A stretch of DNA of 59,716 bases, filler included, from Dugesia japonica (GCA_001938525.1; 4 parts of 4 records of this genome joined end to end with filler, not necessarily neighbours in it); one strand, 5' to 3'. Positions 40,501 to 54,280 are shown, counted from the whole stretch's first letter. Notes: generated by a model not told the origin, from the letters alone. Numbers and translations are program-made.

Positions 40501-43133
40501 CATAATAATAAAAATAATAATAAGTATAATTTTCTAACAAAATTTACAAATGGTTTTAAATTGGCATTGGACTTTAATAATTTCCAAATCTGGCTAGAAA
40601 TCAAAAGACATTTAAAATTAAGTGATTTGTTTGAAAACTCATTCATTAAAATAAAACGTGGTATAAATCTTGCCAGATTTTACCACTAGTCAAAAATAGA
40701 GTAATATATAGTAGAGTAAATATGAGTAATATTATTTTTTTAAAAAGCAAAACAAGAAAATGAATTTCATTAGTCTTATGACATTTAATATTCCATTTGT
40801 ACTGTATTTCTGGAACTTATCAAAGCATTGATAAACTTCCATATTTTTAATCAGTTACCAAACATAAATGATATTGTTTAAATATTAATGTTAAATATTA
40901 ATGAACGAACAGCGATCTAAGTCTTTAAACGAATTATATTATAATATATACCATAATTCTACCGTGAGTATGGAATCTACTCTAGTTTTCTTAAAATTGT
41001 GTACCGTATGTGTATGTTATTTTGTTAAAAAACATTTAACGGTTAGCATAAGTTTTTGGTTAAAGTTTCTCAAAACAATGTTGTTTTAAAATAAATTCTT
41101 AAATAAAATAACAAAAGAAAAACCGATAAAAATAATTGTGTAACAGTTTCTTTTAATTTTAAATCATGTAAATAAATTAAATTGTGAATGTTTTAAATTT
41201 ATTATATTATATCAATTATAAAGAATGAAAATGAAAAATTCTAAAGCCGCAACTAAACTTTAATTAGCCGGCGGTTCTTGTTCTGACATATCACTGATAT
41301 CATCATTCGGTTCATTTCATTCCAATTTTTTTTACTTCTCACTTTGTCCATCATGCACGTGTTAGTGTAGATATATACGTCATCTTTCCAATTGTCGAGT
41401 CCCTCTCTTATAAATCAAATAAGTTTTAGTTCCTTTCGGCTGCGGTTGGCAATGAAAAATCGATAGTAGTTTAAAAAAATAAAATTTAATATTTGTCTTG
41501 GCTTTATTTCTTTTTTCTTATTATAAAAATATTTAAAAATTTATACGAATTAAGAGAACTTTTCTGATCCAAAATATTAATGTTACTAAAACTCAAAATT
41601 AAATAGAATTTTTCATTTTAAGCAATATATGAAATATCATTTTTTTAATGTTTTGAAATAATTTAATAAAACAATAGACTCACGAAAAGGTTTTTCGTAA
41701 AATGAACAGAATTATTTTCTAATCTTTTAAATGGATTTTTCTTAAAAAGAAAAATCAATTGTGTTAAACATTTTAAAATTGATAATTTTCTTATTTTTAA
41801 AAAAAAATATCTGTAAATATTTATTAAAATTATTAAAATAAAAATTGAAATTATTTAAAATTTGGAATATTCGAAAAAGAATCGTGGAATATAGTTACTC
41901 AAAAAGCTGTGATATATTCCAATATTTCACTAAAATATTTGAATTATAAGAAATGAGACATGAACTAATGGGATAGATGATGGTATTCCGTGTGTCAAGT
42001 GAGATAGATGCATCATCAAAATGTATATGCTTCTATCCGAATAGCAGATATTGGTTAGGGTAATTCAATTAGACCAACTTGCTTTGTGAGAGAAGTATTA
42101 AGTTGAAAGTCGGTTGGATAAATAGAATTAGATTGCATGGTGTGTGTATATTTTACAAGTTCGGAGAAATTTGAAGCAATTCATCGGACTGTAGATATTT
42201 CATTAGTTCATAAAGTAAGTTCGTGTGTGAGTGCATTGATGATCCACGCCGTCGCTGTCATCACTACTGTAGTATTGAGCATCTGCTTTATGAACTTCAA
42301 CACACCTTGAGAGTTAGTAAGTGGTCATTGCTGTAAATCACAGAATTTGCTACTAGGACAAAATACTTTCAGTTTCATTATTAATTATTAATCCATGTAT
42401 AGATCGCATGATTGGAAATTAAATGGAATTTATATCTTAATAGCCGTTCGGACTTGCTTTGATGTTTACTAAATCGAATTTGAGAACAAAAAATCGTGGT
42501 TTAGAAAGAATATTTCTGTCGATAATTTTTTTTGTACTAAAAATATGTGAAATATTTTAATTGCATGCTTATTTTTTCAGCTGATCTTTGTAATTTTGGC
42601 ATTGCGAGTATTTTATTATCAAGCAGATTTTTTGTAAAAATGGGTCTTTGTTTTTTCATTTAGTATTCTAAATAGTATCCAATAACAATTTCAGTATGGA
42701 TAATAATTTTTAATAATTTAATTGAAGCATTATTTAAAAAGTTTTATTTAATTTGATTAATAGTATAATTCTTCATTAGCACTATTTCTCTTTAAAGAAT
42801 TTCAATTAAGAAAATAATATATTGCACAATATTGATTTTTAAAGTTTTAAAAAAACAAAATGTTACAGTTATCGAGATCATGTTATATTGGCTGTACAGA
42901 AAAACTTCTTTAAATTCAGCCTCGAACGCAGTTCGACCGTGATTTAATTCATTAAACCAGCGGTATATAGTAGGTTTATGGAGGCATAATCACCCAAAGT
43001 CTGAGTAATTTGATCAATGACTGTTGTTGAGTTAATCCAAACCGGCAATCGTAAAAAAGATGACAAGTTAAAATTTAAAACATTCAATAATGACTATTCA
43101 AACAAACGTTATAAATTCTTAATGTTGATAATA

Positions 43134-43276
43134 CAGTGATACCCCGGTTTTATATGCCAGGAATTCACGTTTCCCGTTGTTTGCATTTTATTTTAGTACC
43201 CGCCTTTCTAATATAGAATCTACGTTTCCCCTCTAATTATAAGTCCAATCCAAAACGTGAAAGCAGGGTTTCACTG
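43134..43276. mobile_element. Tc1/pogo-type MITE
   Basis: TA|cagtgatacccc ... cagggtttcactg|TA. Confidence 0.7.
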
Positions 43277-46200
43277 TAAGAATTATACTTTATCAGGAAA
43301 ATGTCAGATCGCACTTAGCTAAATTTGTGTGGCTAGTTCCAGTACATATAAAGCAACCCACGTATATAGAAAGTATTTTAATTTTAATGAAGTATAATAA
43401 TGCTGTTAATGCGTTATTTTCACTATATTCTGAGTGGATAAAATTAGGTAGGAAAAGAAATGAAAAGATATTCAAATTTAGTACATTAAACCACAGACCA
43501 AAAGTTCTAAGAATGTATTCCTGTAAATACGCAATCGAACTGAGAGAATAGTGTCTTGAAGAAATAAATTTCCACCTAAAGTTTTCTGTCTCGTAACAAA
43601 AGTCATAATAATTTGTAATTGTGTATTGTTTATTATACAAGATTTCACTCCTGCTGTGTCATATGAATCAATCTTGAATTATTTAAATTTCTGTTTATTA
43701 GCAAATTTGTGATAATTTTCTCTATTTACCATATGCAGTTATTTCTTTTAAATTTAATCCGTATAAATTATTTTTTACAGTCATTAAAACTAGGCTAAAA
43801 TTTCATTTTGTGAAATATTATTTATTTTATGATTTATTGTTTCTACTAGTCATAAATACTATTCTACTTTCATTAAAAATTTGTTTAATTTGAAATTCGT
43901 TATATGTTACAATATATCATCTGCTACCAAATAAATCTTTTTATTTTAAAATTAGAGTCTTATTACTGATAATGAAAAATTAATTTTCTTTTTCAAAAAT
44001 TATCTGACTTAATTTAATTTTACTTTATTGATAACAACTAGAACTTTGTTTCCCGAATTTCCTTCTAGGTTTGATTATTTCATTTATACATCCCTACCAT
44101 CAATTCATTAATAATATTAGATGTTTTTTATTCACTGACTGTAAATGTCGCCACTAGATAAACTTTACAGTAAATTATAAACATTTCGTTATCGAAAAGA
44201 TACTTGTATGTTGTTGAAAAAGTTTTATTATAATTTTCGTACTGACAATATAATTTATAAATAATTCATTATTATTTTTGTTTGATTTATCTGAATTATT
44301 CATAAATATACAGAATTTATTCAGATTTCTAACGTTAGATTTATTTCAAAAAAATTCTAAATACAAAAAATTTATTTTGTCGGATGAAATTTCTTTAATA
44401 ATCACAAAATTTATCTCACACTGTTGTTCAGTTCTTGTAAACCAGCGTTCTAAAAGCTTATTTTTTCATGACCAATACGAAAAAATCCAGTATGTTCAAA
44501 ATTACAACGTAGGGTGAAAACAAATTAATTAATTTAAAACTTTTTTACTATTAATTAGTCTATGAATTTCTTTAGTACTAAAATGAAATGTATGAACCTA
44601 AATGCTTCTGTCTGGTGTTTTATTTGTTATCTAATGAGGTCCCGAAAATATTCTGTGTTTGTGGACATCACTTTTTATGTAAAGATTATTCTAATTCTGA
44701 TATTTTCTTTATTAAAATATTTTTACATAACGTTCATTTTATTTTATAAAATCACATTTTTGTTTTATACATTTTTGCTTTGACAAATATATCTTTGGCT
44801 AAAGAAATATTTTGATTATTGTTACTGAATGCCTGAAAGAAAAAAGTTGTGTTTTAAATATTACTCTTGAGTTATGTTTTGGTTTATTCAGTATGTGATT
44901 TTGCATGATTCCGCTGTATTTCTCCTAGGCAGGAGATAATTTAATTACTGTATTACTTTCATTTGTTAATACAACATTATAAACACAGTTTTTCACCCAA
45001 ATTTTATTAATCATAACAAGGTTGTTCCGGAAAATTGTTTGCCTTATTTTATGAAATATTTAAATAAATATTCTTGTAATATTTTGGCACTACTAAAACG
45101 TTTAATAATTAAATTAAATAAATTAGTTTAAAATTAAAAGTACTTATAATTAAACAAAAGATTAAAATTAATTTATTAAAAAAAATTATAAATATCTTAC
45201 AAATTCGTTGCTTTGTTTTATTTAATTCAAAGTTAAATCAGAAGAGAGGTGTTTTAATATTATTTGATTTGAGTAGTCATTACTAAAATTATTTTTTAAT
45301 ACGTTTTAATCAATTATTTATTTATTTCATTGTATTTTTCGAAGTTACATACTTCCTACTAAAATATATCATTTATAAATAAATAAATACAATTTTCCTG
45401 AAACTATAAAATCTATTCCTTAAACAAATCTTGGACAATAGTTTCAGTTAGCAGAAACGAAATAAAAAATAAAAATTAATCATTTTATTTCGTAAAATTT
45501 ATTTGTACGTCTCGAATGGAAAGTCAACCAATTTTTCGCTTGAACTATTTTCTCTAACAAATCTTGATTGTCTAATTACTCTTCTATTTTATCTTATTAA
45601 AATTTTAAATATTTTTTTTAATTTTTGAATAAAATTTGATACCTATAATATTGATAACAATAACAGAATTTCGATTTTTTTTTGACAAATCAAAAATGAA
45701 CAGAATACGAATATTTTTCAATTAAATGACTTTTAAAATGCCATAAAATGTCTATATTTTAAATTTTCTAAAAATGTAATTAGTAATCAATTAATTTAAT
45801 TCATTGATATTAATAATTTTATAATATTAATTTTTCTATTATTAATTTTTAAACTAAAAATAATTGAAAATAATTCAAATGAATTGGCTTTTTGATATGA
45901 AATTTTAGAATTTATAAAAATAAAAAAATAATTTCAAGTATTTAATAAATAATTTAAAACTCAATTTTAAAATATATTTCTTTATATGTTTTGACAAGTT
46001 AACTATCATCTTCAATAAAATATTTTAATTTTTCAAAAAATACTATATATTAAAAATCTGATTACGTAATGAATTATTTAACTCCTTCAATAAATCAAAG
46101 TAATTGCAAATATTCTAAAAACACTTGAACAGACTTATCCAAATATTAATTTTTGGATCATGATTGAAAATCATCAATATTTCATAAATAACTCTCTCCA

Positions 46201-46574
46201 AATAATCTCTAAAGTTACTGCACAAAATTTTTAAATTATCGATATTATCAATTGATTTACCACTAATATTACGTCCAACAATAAAAATAATGTTTAATTG
46301 ATAAAAAAAGATCAATATTTTCTAGTTGAATATCTAATAAATTCGTCCTGATATTGTTCATTTCGAAATATTGAACTATCTGTGAAAATAGAAAACAAAT
46401 TTTTCATTTTTGCTCTTCGATAAAAGTTTCATTGATAAATACAGATCAATAGTTAACAAGTAAAAACATTTAGAAGTTTCCTCTTTTTATAATTATTTTG
46501 TTTCGCAAGTCACTTTTAATGTCATTATTTTTTTCTATATATTAATATGTGAATAAATATCTACCACCTACTAA

Positions 46575-46674
46575 NNNNNNNNNNNNNNNNNNNNNNNNNN
46601 NNNNNNNNNNNNNNNNNNTTAATTAATTAANNNNNNNNNNNNNNNNNNNNNNNNNNNNNNNNNNNNNNNNNNNN
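46575..46674. other. Artificial contig-joining spacer
   Basis: N44-TTAATTAATTAA-N44. Confidence 0.95.
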
Positions 46675-47127
46675 AACATCAACTAAAATAGCAAAACTTA
46701 AGTTTGACCGAGAAAAATTGAAAAAACATTGTCGAAATCCTGAGGATGCTTAACCGACACAAATAAAAATCGTTTTTTAAAGTTTTTATCCAAATTTAAT
46801 GATCTAAGTAGTATTCGATAGAGAATTCTTTACTGATTAAGCATAAAATNTATCAAATTAAATTACTTTGAAAAAATTTTACATTAATTATTAATTAAAA
46901 AATAATAAATATCTTAAAATTCATAATCAAACTATCTATTCTATAGAGAAATGTACGATGATTAAGGTCATGCACCAAGCACTTTTATAAAGCGTTTATT
47001 CTCTGTGCTGTTTTGTGTTGTTTTATTTTATTATTATAACAAGCATTAAATATAATACATAACACAGATATAGTAAAACAGTATATAGAGAAGTTTTTTT
47101 AACAAAGACATTACACAAATAACTGTT

Positions 47128-48500
47128 TTATTTATTAGATGTAGCAGCATATTGAGCTTAAATCCACTTTGTATTGGGCACAACAACACCATTTTTTTTA
47201 TCTTTCTCTTCTTGATGATATTTGATAAATGGTAAGGCTAACATTTGCTGAGGACATTTCTATGGTTGCGAGTGAAAATAATTTAATGTTTGTGTTTTAC
47301 CATCCAATAAACTATCCCACCCTTTAGCTTGTTGCGGATACAATCCGAAAAACTCAAATTCATATGGTATCTCAAATTTTATTTGATTGTGTGTACTCAT
47401 TCTGTTACCAGAGAGTCCAGGTAATTGAGCAGCTTTGGAAAAAAATTCTGGGCATGATATCTGCAGTGATATCCGGAGCCAAGTACATTGCATAGAATGT
47501 AATAAATTCATCAAATGTTTTACAGCCATAGTCTTTAATATTCTCGTTTTTGTACACTTTGATTTCTGGCACTGGTTTAGATACATCTTTCGCATCTAGA
47601 TTCCAATTGGTAGTTTTTACTCTGCATGGTAATTTATACATTTTACCGTCTGCATCAATTTTCTTCCATGTATAACCCATATTATCATATTCAGATGAAG
47701 TTGTGAAATTTTTATATTGATAATAATCAAATCTAAAATAATCACAATCATATTTATCATTAGTTGTGGTGTATGATTGTAAAAACCATTCAGCTGTTGC
47801 TTTTGGTGGTCCGCCTTTGCAAACATATGTGAAATTTATTTCTTATTGGGCATTAGTCAATGCTTGTCCGACATGATTAGCTCCTTCATATGGTAAAAAT
47901 CGATTAGTTGTAGTTTTATTTCATAGTGTTTCCTTTGTTAATTTCACCATAGCACCTTCATAAAAACCACGATATAAATGTTTATTATTTTCACATATCT
48001 CTTAAAATGCCGTTGCTTTCAAAGGCGGATCCATTAATGGACCAGTTAAATTCATATTATCTTCCCATTTTAATAATTCGGTATTACGAGGTGCGCCAGA
48101 ATAATCTTGAGTAGACACTTGACCAGTTGTTTGCAAATTATATAATTTTAAATGACATGGTTTTGGCCAAAAACATTGATAATTTCTAATTACTTCTAAC
48201 AATTCAGGATCTTGCCCTGCAACATGAAGATACCACCACTCCCAAGGAAAATTAAACCAGTCATCATTATCAGTATCACTAATATAAAACATGCCATTAT
48301 TAGATAAAGTAATAGTTTCACCTCCGTCCATCTCGTGGTGGAGAGTACCCCTATAATCTTCTATTGAACCAGATTGTTGTAAACCAATACTAGCAGATTG
48401 TGTAGCTTGTTTCATAAACGTAAGTGGTTAGATAATTCTTCAACGCACTCGGCGTACTGCTGAAAACGCTTTCTACGCGCCTTTAATATATTTTTCCATG
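47128..48500 (-). pseudogene. Parvovirus/densovirus-like jelly-roll capsid protein (endogenous viral element), disrupted
   Basis: WFNFPWEWWYLH...CHLKLYNLQT near the N-terminus and MPRIFF...STHNQIKFEIPYEFEF near the C-terminus parallel the parvoviral VP motifs (PW.Y..., PQI.IK, GQV..EIEWE). Intronless, with the stop overlapping AATAAA. Confidence 0.65.
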
Positions 48501-49675
48501 GTATGACCTTGAACTGCATATTATCATCTACTTTATGAGGTGGTGGCCGTCATTTATCTGCACATTCTTGATGTATTAATTCAGCTAAATAAGTACTAGC
48601 TCTATCTCTATTACCAGTAATATATGTCATATCTTCTAAATTAAATGATGATTGTGTCTTTGATGGAGTTGATGGTACACATGATGGTGAATGAGATGGT
48701 GTGTTTCCAGGTGGTGCTGGATTGAATGACGATAATGATGACGATAATTGACTGGATGCTCGTTTTCTCCGTAATAATCCACCAGTAGGCTCCCAATTGA
48801 TTGTACTACTACTTACTACAGTACTTGCTAAAGTGGTTTTTTTGCATTGGGATTGCCTCTAAGTTTCGCTGGTCGCTTTGATGGTTTACGATGAGGTCAT
48901 TTGCAATTTATTGTTTTCTCATTGGATGTATCGGTTTTTCTTTATCTGGAGGTTTATCATTACCCGAACTAACACGAGGATTTGTCGTTTCTGTTTGAGA
49001 TGTAGTTTGTGTGTATTGTGGTATATTATCAGTCAAATCACGACTTGCTAATTCCGCTCGTAAACTAGCAATAATAGATTTAAATTGTTGTTCATTATAT
49101 GCATTGTCTGGACTTTTACCGATAATTTCTTTAAGTAATTAATAAATAGCTGTACTAATAGCTGCGCTAGATATAACTTGAATAACACTGTCTGTTAAAT
49201 GAGACCATAATTTTTGTTTTAATTTGCCTTCAAGATACTTTTTCATAGCTTTCTTTATTTGATCTTTAACATATAAACAAAGCCATGCACCTGGGCCAAT
49301 AATACTAATAGCAATAGCAAAATCTTGTACTGTTGCAGATGGGCCATATTGTTGTTTAATTTTTAAAAATTCAGACCACATAGCTAAAGTTTCAGATATA
49401 ACAAATAAATGATCGTCTTTTTTACGTAATTCGTCTAATATTTTTCGAAAAATTTCATTTTTCTTATTTTCATCATGTTTTTCTTTGTCTTTCATAAAAT
49501 TTTCATATAATAAGCGTTTATTTGGTGGCTTTGGCCGCTCATAATGATATTTAGTATCTGGTTTAGGTGGGTTTAGTCGATTTTTGTCTTTATGATATAT
49601 CACATGATGACTAATTGTAGTAATATTAGCATCCGTACCACTAGTATGATTAAGTGCTGTGTGCGAACTAATCAT
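48500..49675 (-). pseudogene. Upstream viral ORF(s), possible VP1-unique or minor structural protein
   Basis: The 178-aa ORF continues past an in-frame stop (LLKEIIGKSPDNAY...) into Ser/Pro-rich and basic (LRRKR) sequence, on the same strand directly before the capsid region. Confidence 0.5.
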
Positions 49676-49862
49676 AGCTATTTTTCATAAAATGAAATAT
49701 ACTACGTTGCAAGACTTTAAATATTTAATAGAAAAATTATTTTGTTAATTTAACTAATTTATACTACGTTGTGGTATTTTAGAAAATTATATATAAAACA
49801 GCGCATAACCAGAATTTTATTTCACAACTTTATAATTTTATAAAACTTGAGTCTACGGTTAT

Positions 49863-50489
49863 ATGCATCAAAATGAGTCAACAAAGGAATCAGAACAATC
49901 CGACAGTGTATTACGCGGATATGTTATACAAATATGTTTTCATTTTATAATATAGGAATAGAATGAAGTCCAACCGATAATAACAGCAGTTTTCAGTCTA
50001 CCGATGGATCAATTCAATTTGCATACAACTTCTTCGAGTGAGGACGAGGAATCCGATACCAAACCTCTCTAAATAGACGAGATAACATCGGGAACACCGA
50101 TCACAAATTTTTACAATCAACGGACAAATCGGATGATGAGTACATGGCAGCGGTTGACAGCGTTGACGCTGATATTCGACAACACCTCAACAATATCCCA
50201 TTGCCATACGAAAGAAACGATAAATGTAATGCATCCGAAAATGAAAAAAATTTACAACAATGCTCTACTGACTCCAAAGGAAGAAAGCGTTTGTTTGAAT
50301 CCAGCACACATGGCATGGATATCATTGAACGAACCAGAAAACAGCCATTTAACTCTTCATCAGAGAGCACAACAAATAATGCCTCGATCAGTTTTAGAGA
50401 AGTATTCGGGATTCATCCAAGCCGAGATTCAATCGCTTGTATTATTTAATACTGTATTAGTTAATCAATATTATATCAAAAACGTATGA
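49863..50489 (+). pseudogene. Dual-frame overlapping ORFs, putative truncated NS1/NS2-like 5' region of the viral element
   Basis: TATATAAAA at ~49790 and ATG at 49863. Two frames (50133-50489 and 50144-50449) are open together and both extend upstream with few stops. No helicase motif is visible. Confidence 0.4.
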
Positions 50490-51169
50490 ATATGGTAATA
50501 TCGTGTATTTGTTGTTCTATATTAATAAACAAGATAATACCTTTTAAAGTTTTATTTTGGTATATAGAAAATATGTCAAAACCCCTAAAGCCTTATAAGC
50601 TAATATTAATTTATCAGAGAGCTACTTCCCGTAGAGGTCAGAGTCTCTGTAAATTTAAAAATCTGAATATCCAATAAAATTTATCGGTATTTATAGTGAA
50701 TTCAGCATAATACAACTACCACTCAAGTCTTAATGACACTTAATAAAAATACTTAAATTTTGCAAAACTCTTGAAATAAAATATTTTTTCTTTGTTTTAT
50801 TTATTGCTTTGCTATATTAAAATAATTGATTTTTTCCACTGATTTTTTTCTCTCGTTCAACAAAATCAACTAAATCAATTTCACCTGTCGACTTCTTAAA
50901 TGTTTACATAAAAATAAATTGTCTAGTAAAAATAAAATAAATAAAATGCGTTTATACAAAATATTAAAATAAACATAAATTGATTGTCTAAAGATCCNNN
51001 NNNNNNNNNNNNNNNNNNNNNNNNNNNNNNNNNNNNNNNNNNNNNNNNNNNNNNNNNNNNNNNNNNNNNNNNNNNNNNNNNNNNNNNNTTATCAAGTTGA
51101 TTAATAAAGTGTCTATTCATCGAGGGTTGTTTTTGATCATGGCTTGAAAGTTTAACTGAGAGTTGATTA

Positions 51170-54100
51170 TCTGATTGAGGATTGCTGAAATTCTTTTATG
51201 TTGTATGTGTGTATGTTGTTGTATTCGCATGCTTTATATTTACATGATCTCAACAAGAAGATGGCGCACGGAAATAGTTGGATTTTTTTGAAATCCTAAT
51301 TAGTTACATCCACGTCAGATATTTTGGCTCCGGAGTCTTCGATTTCTTCAATTTCCAGATGGTCAACTTGTCCATTTTTGAATCTCCAATGATTGCTTTA
51401 CCAGGCTATTCACTTTCTGATCGAAACAAGACCAAGTGTTTTGATTGTGTTACGGCGGAACCCAACATGTTTGAGCACAGGCTCATTTTCTTCACACCGC
51501 GATTCCAAACACCCGATGGTTATCGTCTCAAGGAGAATTTTTCATTTGTGTACGTTTTTTCTGGATATCCTCCTTGAGTGGTGTGTATTTTGCGATGCTT
51601 AAATCCCTCGCTAATTTTGGATTACTGGATGTATCATAGTGAGTCTTTACATCCAGTAATATAATTTGTTTACCCTCGCTATTTATTAGTTGCAAGTCAA
51701 CAAGATCAGTCCTGTTAACAAGGTCACAGATCTGATCGACGATGACTATAAAGCAAATGTGGACTCTAATAAACCTGGCAAGTAGATCAAGCAGATCATT
51801 GTGTTGCCCTGTTTTAAAAGCTGAAGAAGAAGGCAATTACACAAGACATGTGTTTGAGTTTCCAAGTAATAACCACAATTCCGATAGGATGTGAATGACA
51901 TCCGATGATTGCAACTTACTAAAAGTGTGCCTGTCCTTGCTTGGTGAATGAAACGTCATTCATTAGGTTTAATAGAGCTATCGAACAGCGGTTTGGTGGA
52001 TAGTGTGGATGCACAATAGCTTTAAATAGCGCTCCAGTTTTTGTCTAGGTGTTTCTTTGCCTTCAATTTGCTCAACTGAAAAGACCATGAAGCAGTTTGG
52101 TCATCGCTCTTTGGTCCTTCATAGAAATCATATAGTTTCCTTCATTGACTCAATCAATCACCTGTATTCAGACTCCTAGCTCGCTACGCTTGAATCTGAC
52201 TTGCAGATAGAATATTTTGTAGAGAAAAGTAATTGCGTTATGAAACTAAGACCACCAGCATTTGAGTTTTGAATTTGTGGTCTTAGTGTAGAGCTCTTTA
52301 GGTGTTTCGTGGCTGCATGAATTAAATCATTGCTGGCTAAATCCCGTACAGTCTCATCTGAACATTCAAGAATATTAAATGCCTGAACAAGAGATTATAC
52401 AGAGTATTCGTCCCTTGCAGAGTTTTAACCGACCCCCGTAATTTTTGGGAATTTAAAAGACAGTCATAGGTTGCCTAAAAGAGAAGAGAGAGAATTTTTC
52501 TAATGTAAGTGTGGATATGGTTGTTGATTGTCTCGGGCTCTGTAAGTTACGTAATTTTTGGAGTGGCCACTGCAATTGAATTTAATCAAAGAAAATGTTG
52601 AAATTCCTGAACGCGAACGTAAACTTTGAGTGAATAAAGGTTCGGTACGCGTGGATTTTTTGCCAGGGATAGAGAACCAAGTTTGTTATCTTTTCAAGCT
52701 CCTTGGCAGATTTTTCAAACATTTTTCTTGGAGTTTTGAAATGATCGGGGTCAAAGTCAACCCCATGGTGCCTATCAGAATCTAGGTGCTGAAGTTTACG
52801 GACAAGTTCTACCTTGATTGTAATTAGAACAAGATTGCTATTAACAGGGCAAGGTAAATATGCGCACTTACTCGGCCGAAAATCAAATCGAGTAGCTTGC
52901 ACAAGAAACACCAGCCGCGGGAGTCTTTGTCATCTCGCTTATGATTGGGTTAATTCCTATGTTGAACAATAACATAGATAAAGGACAGCCCTGTCGGACG
53001 TCTCTTTTGTTTGCAATAGGACTAGTGAAAGTTCCATTGCAAGTTTAGTAACTGGAGCAGTCGGAGTACAGTCTCTTATTAGATTGATGGAATTTTCATA
53101 GATACCTATTCTAGTGAGCTGACCAAGAATGTGTTTTATGGTAATGCTGCCGAAAGCATCTGCAACATCCAGGAAGTCGATATGCAAGTTAAATTTAGCA
53201 TATTGACTCTGCCTATTCAGCAGACATCGCAGCAGAAAATTGTGTACAGAACAGCCCTCCGACTCGACAGCACTTTTCTTGAAGTTGTGAAGCAGACTGG
53301 ATCTCTTGACCTAACTTGACAACGGAGATGTCGACAAGCCATGAATAGCTTGTACAAACAATGCAGCAAAGTTATTGGTCGTTATGATGATACTTCGCGG
53401 CATGACTTAGCTTTGACTAGTTTTGGAATTATCAGCGTCAAGTAACTTTTCCCACTGTCCGGAGTAATACCAGAAGATAGAATCTTCTTAAAAATTTGGT
53501 GTTATAGAGCACACTTTGGGTCTTCGGATTTCAGATCCTAGTACCTAATGTTATTTAAACAAGGAGCTGACACTGACTGGCCATAAAGTGTGCTTCTTAT
53601 TGCAGCCGCATCCGGGCAGTGGAATTGAAACCCATTCGCATAGGATTTTATAGGGGCGCAAAGATCCCAGTTAGTGGGGGGGCCAGCATCAGCTTTAGAC
53701 TGAAAATACTCTTCGAGATCGACCTGAGATAGAAAGCAGTCAGCTGTCATTTTGTTAGTGATCAGCTCAAAAACTGCTTTTTGAGAGGTATAGAACCAAT
53801 CTCGCCGGTTTATATCCAGTTCTGTGGGCTTTTTAGTTTTACCCTCACCTATTTTAAAATTCAAGGTTTTGGGTTTTACACATCGACAGAGTGAACAAAG
53901 ATGTAGAATGAATCTACAGCAGAATTGATATCACTTCTGTCGATGGGTGATAACATGTTGCTTATTTTACCCTGGTTAGTTTTTTTAGCCTCATGTTGTT
54001 TATTTGCGCTTTTGATTTTATCCAATTTATTTTTGTCCCCTTTGATTTTAATAAAATTTAGATATTTAGATTTAAGGCTAGCTATGTCAGCTCTTTTCAT

Positions 54101-54280
54101 TGTGTTGAAATTAGAGATCGAGCTGACAGCCACAGATTATCGGGATGCTCTCTTCATTGTTTTGAAGGTAAGTGGTTGGAACGAAAGGAGGAGTAATCAG
54201 AGTGATGTCATTTTTTCGATAAAACTCAGATATACACGCATAAAGTCTGAAAGATGTCGTTTTTTCAATGAAACCTAAAT
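51170..54280 (-). mobile_element. Decayed R2-superfamily (NeSL/Utopia-like) non-LTR retrotransposon with RT and restriction-like endonuclease
   Basis: RT: FLDVADAFGSI, VRQGCPLSMLLFNI, FRPSKC, LYPWQKIHAYRTFI. CCHC-like CG..LETQTHVLCNC. RLE: QHND, RTDLV..., LLDVK, KY. Confidence 0.88.

Noticed and set aside
46728-46762. CTGAGGA flanked by tgtcg/cgaca as another hammerhead
   Set aside because: No stem II closure or GAAA follows the core.
49280-49310. IIGPGA as a parvoviral PLA2 calcium loop
   Set aside because: No downstream D..A..HD..Y catalytic motif.
50310-50365. EPENSHLTLH as an HUH endonuclease motif II
   Set aside because: The His spacing does not fit HUH, so it was not used as evidence.
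478-50489. pPolB plus parvo-like capsid as a bidnavirus-like genome
   Set aside because: The two parts are on different contigs, three linkers and more than 35 kb apart.
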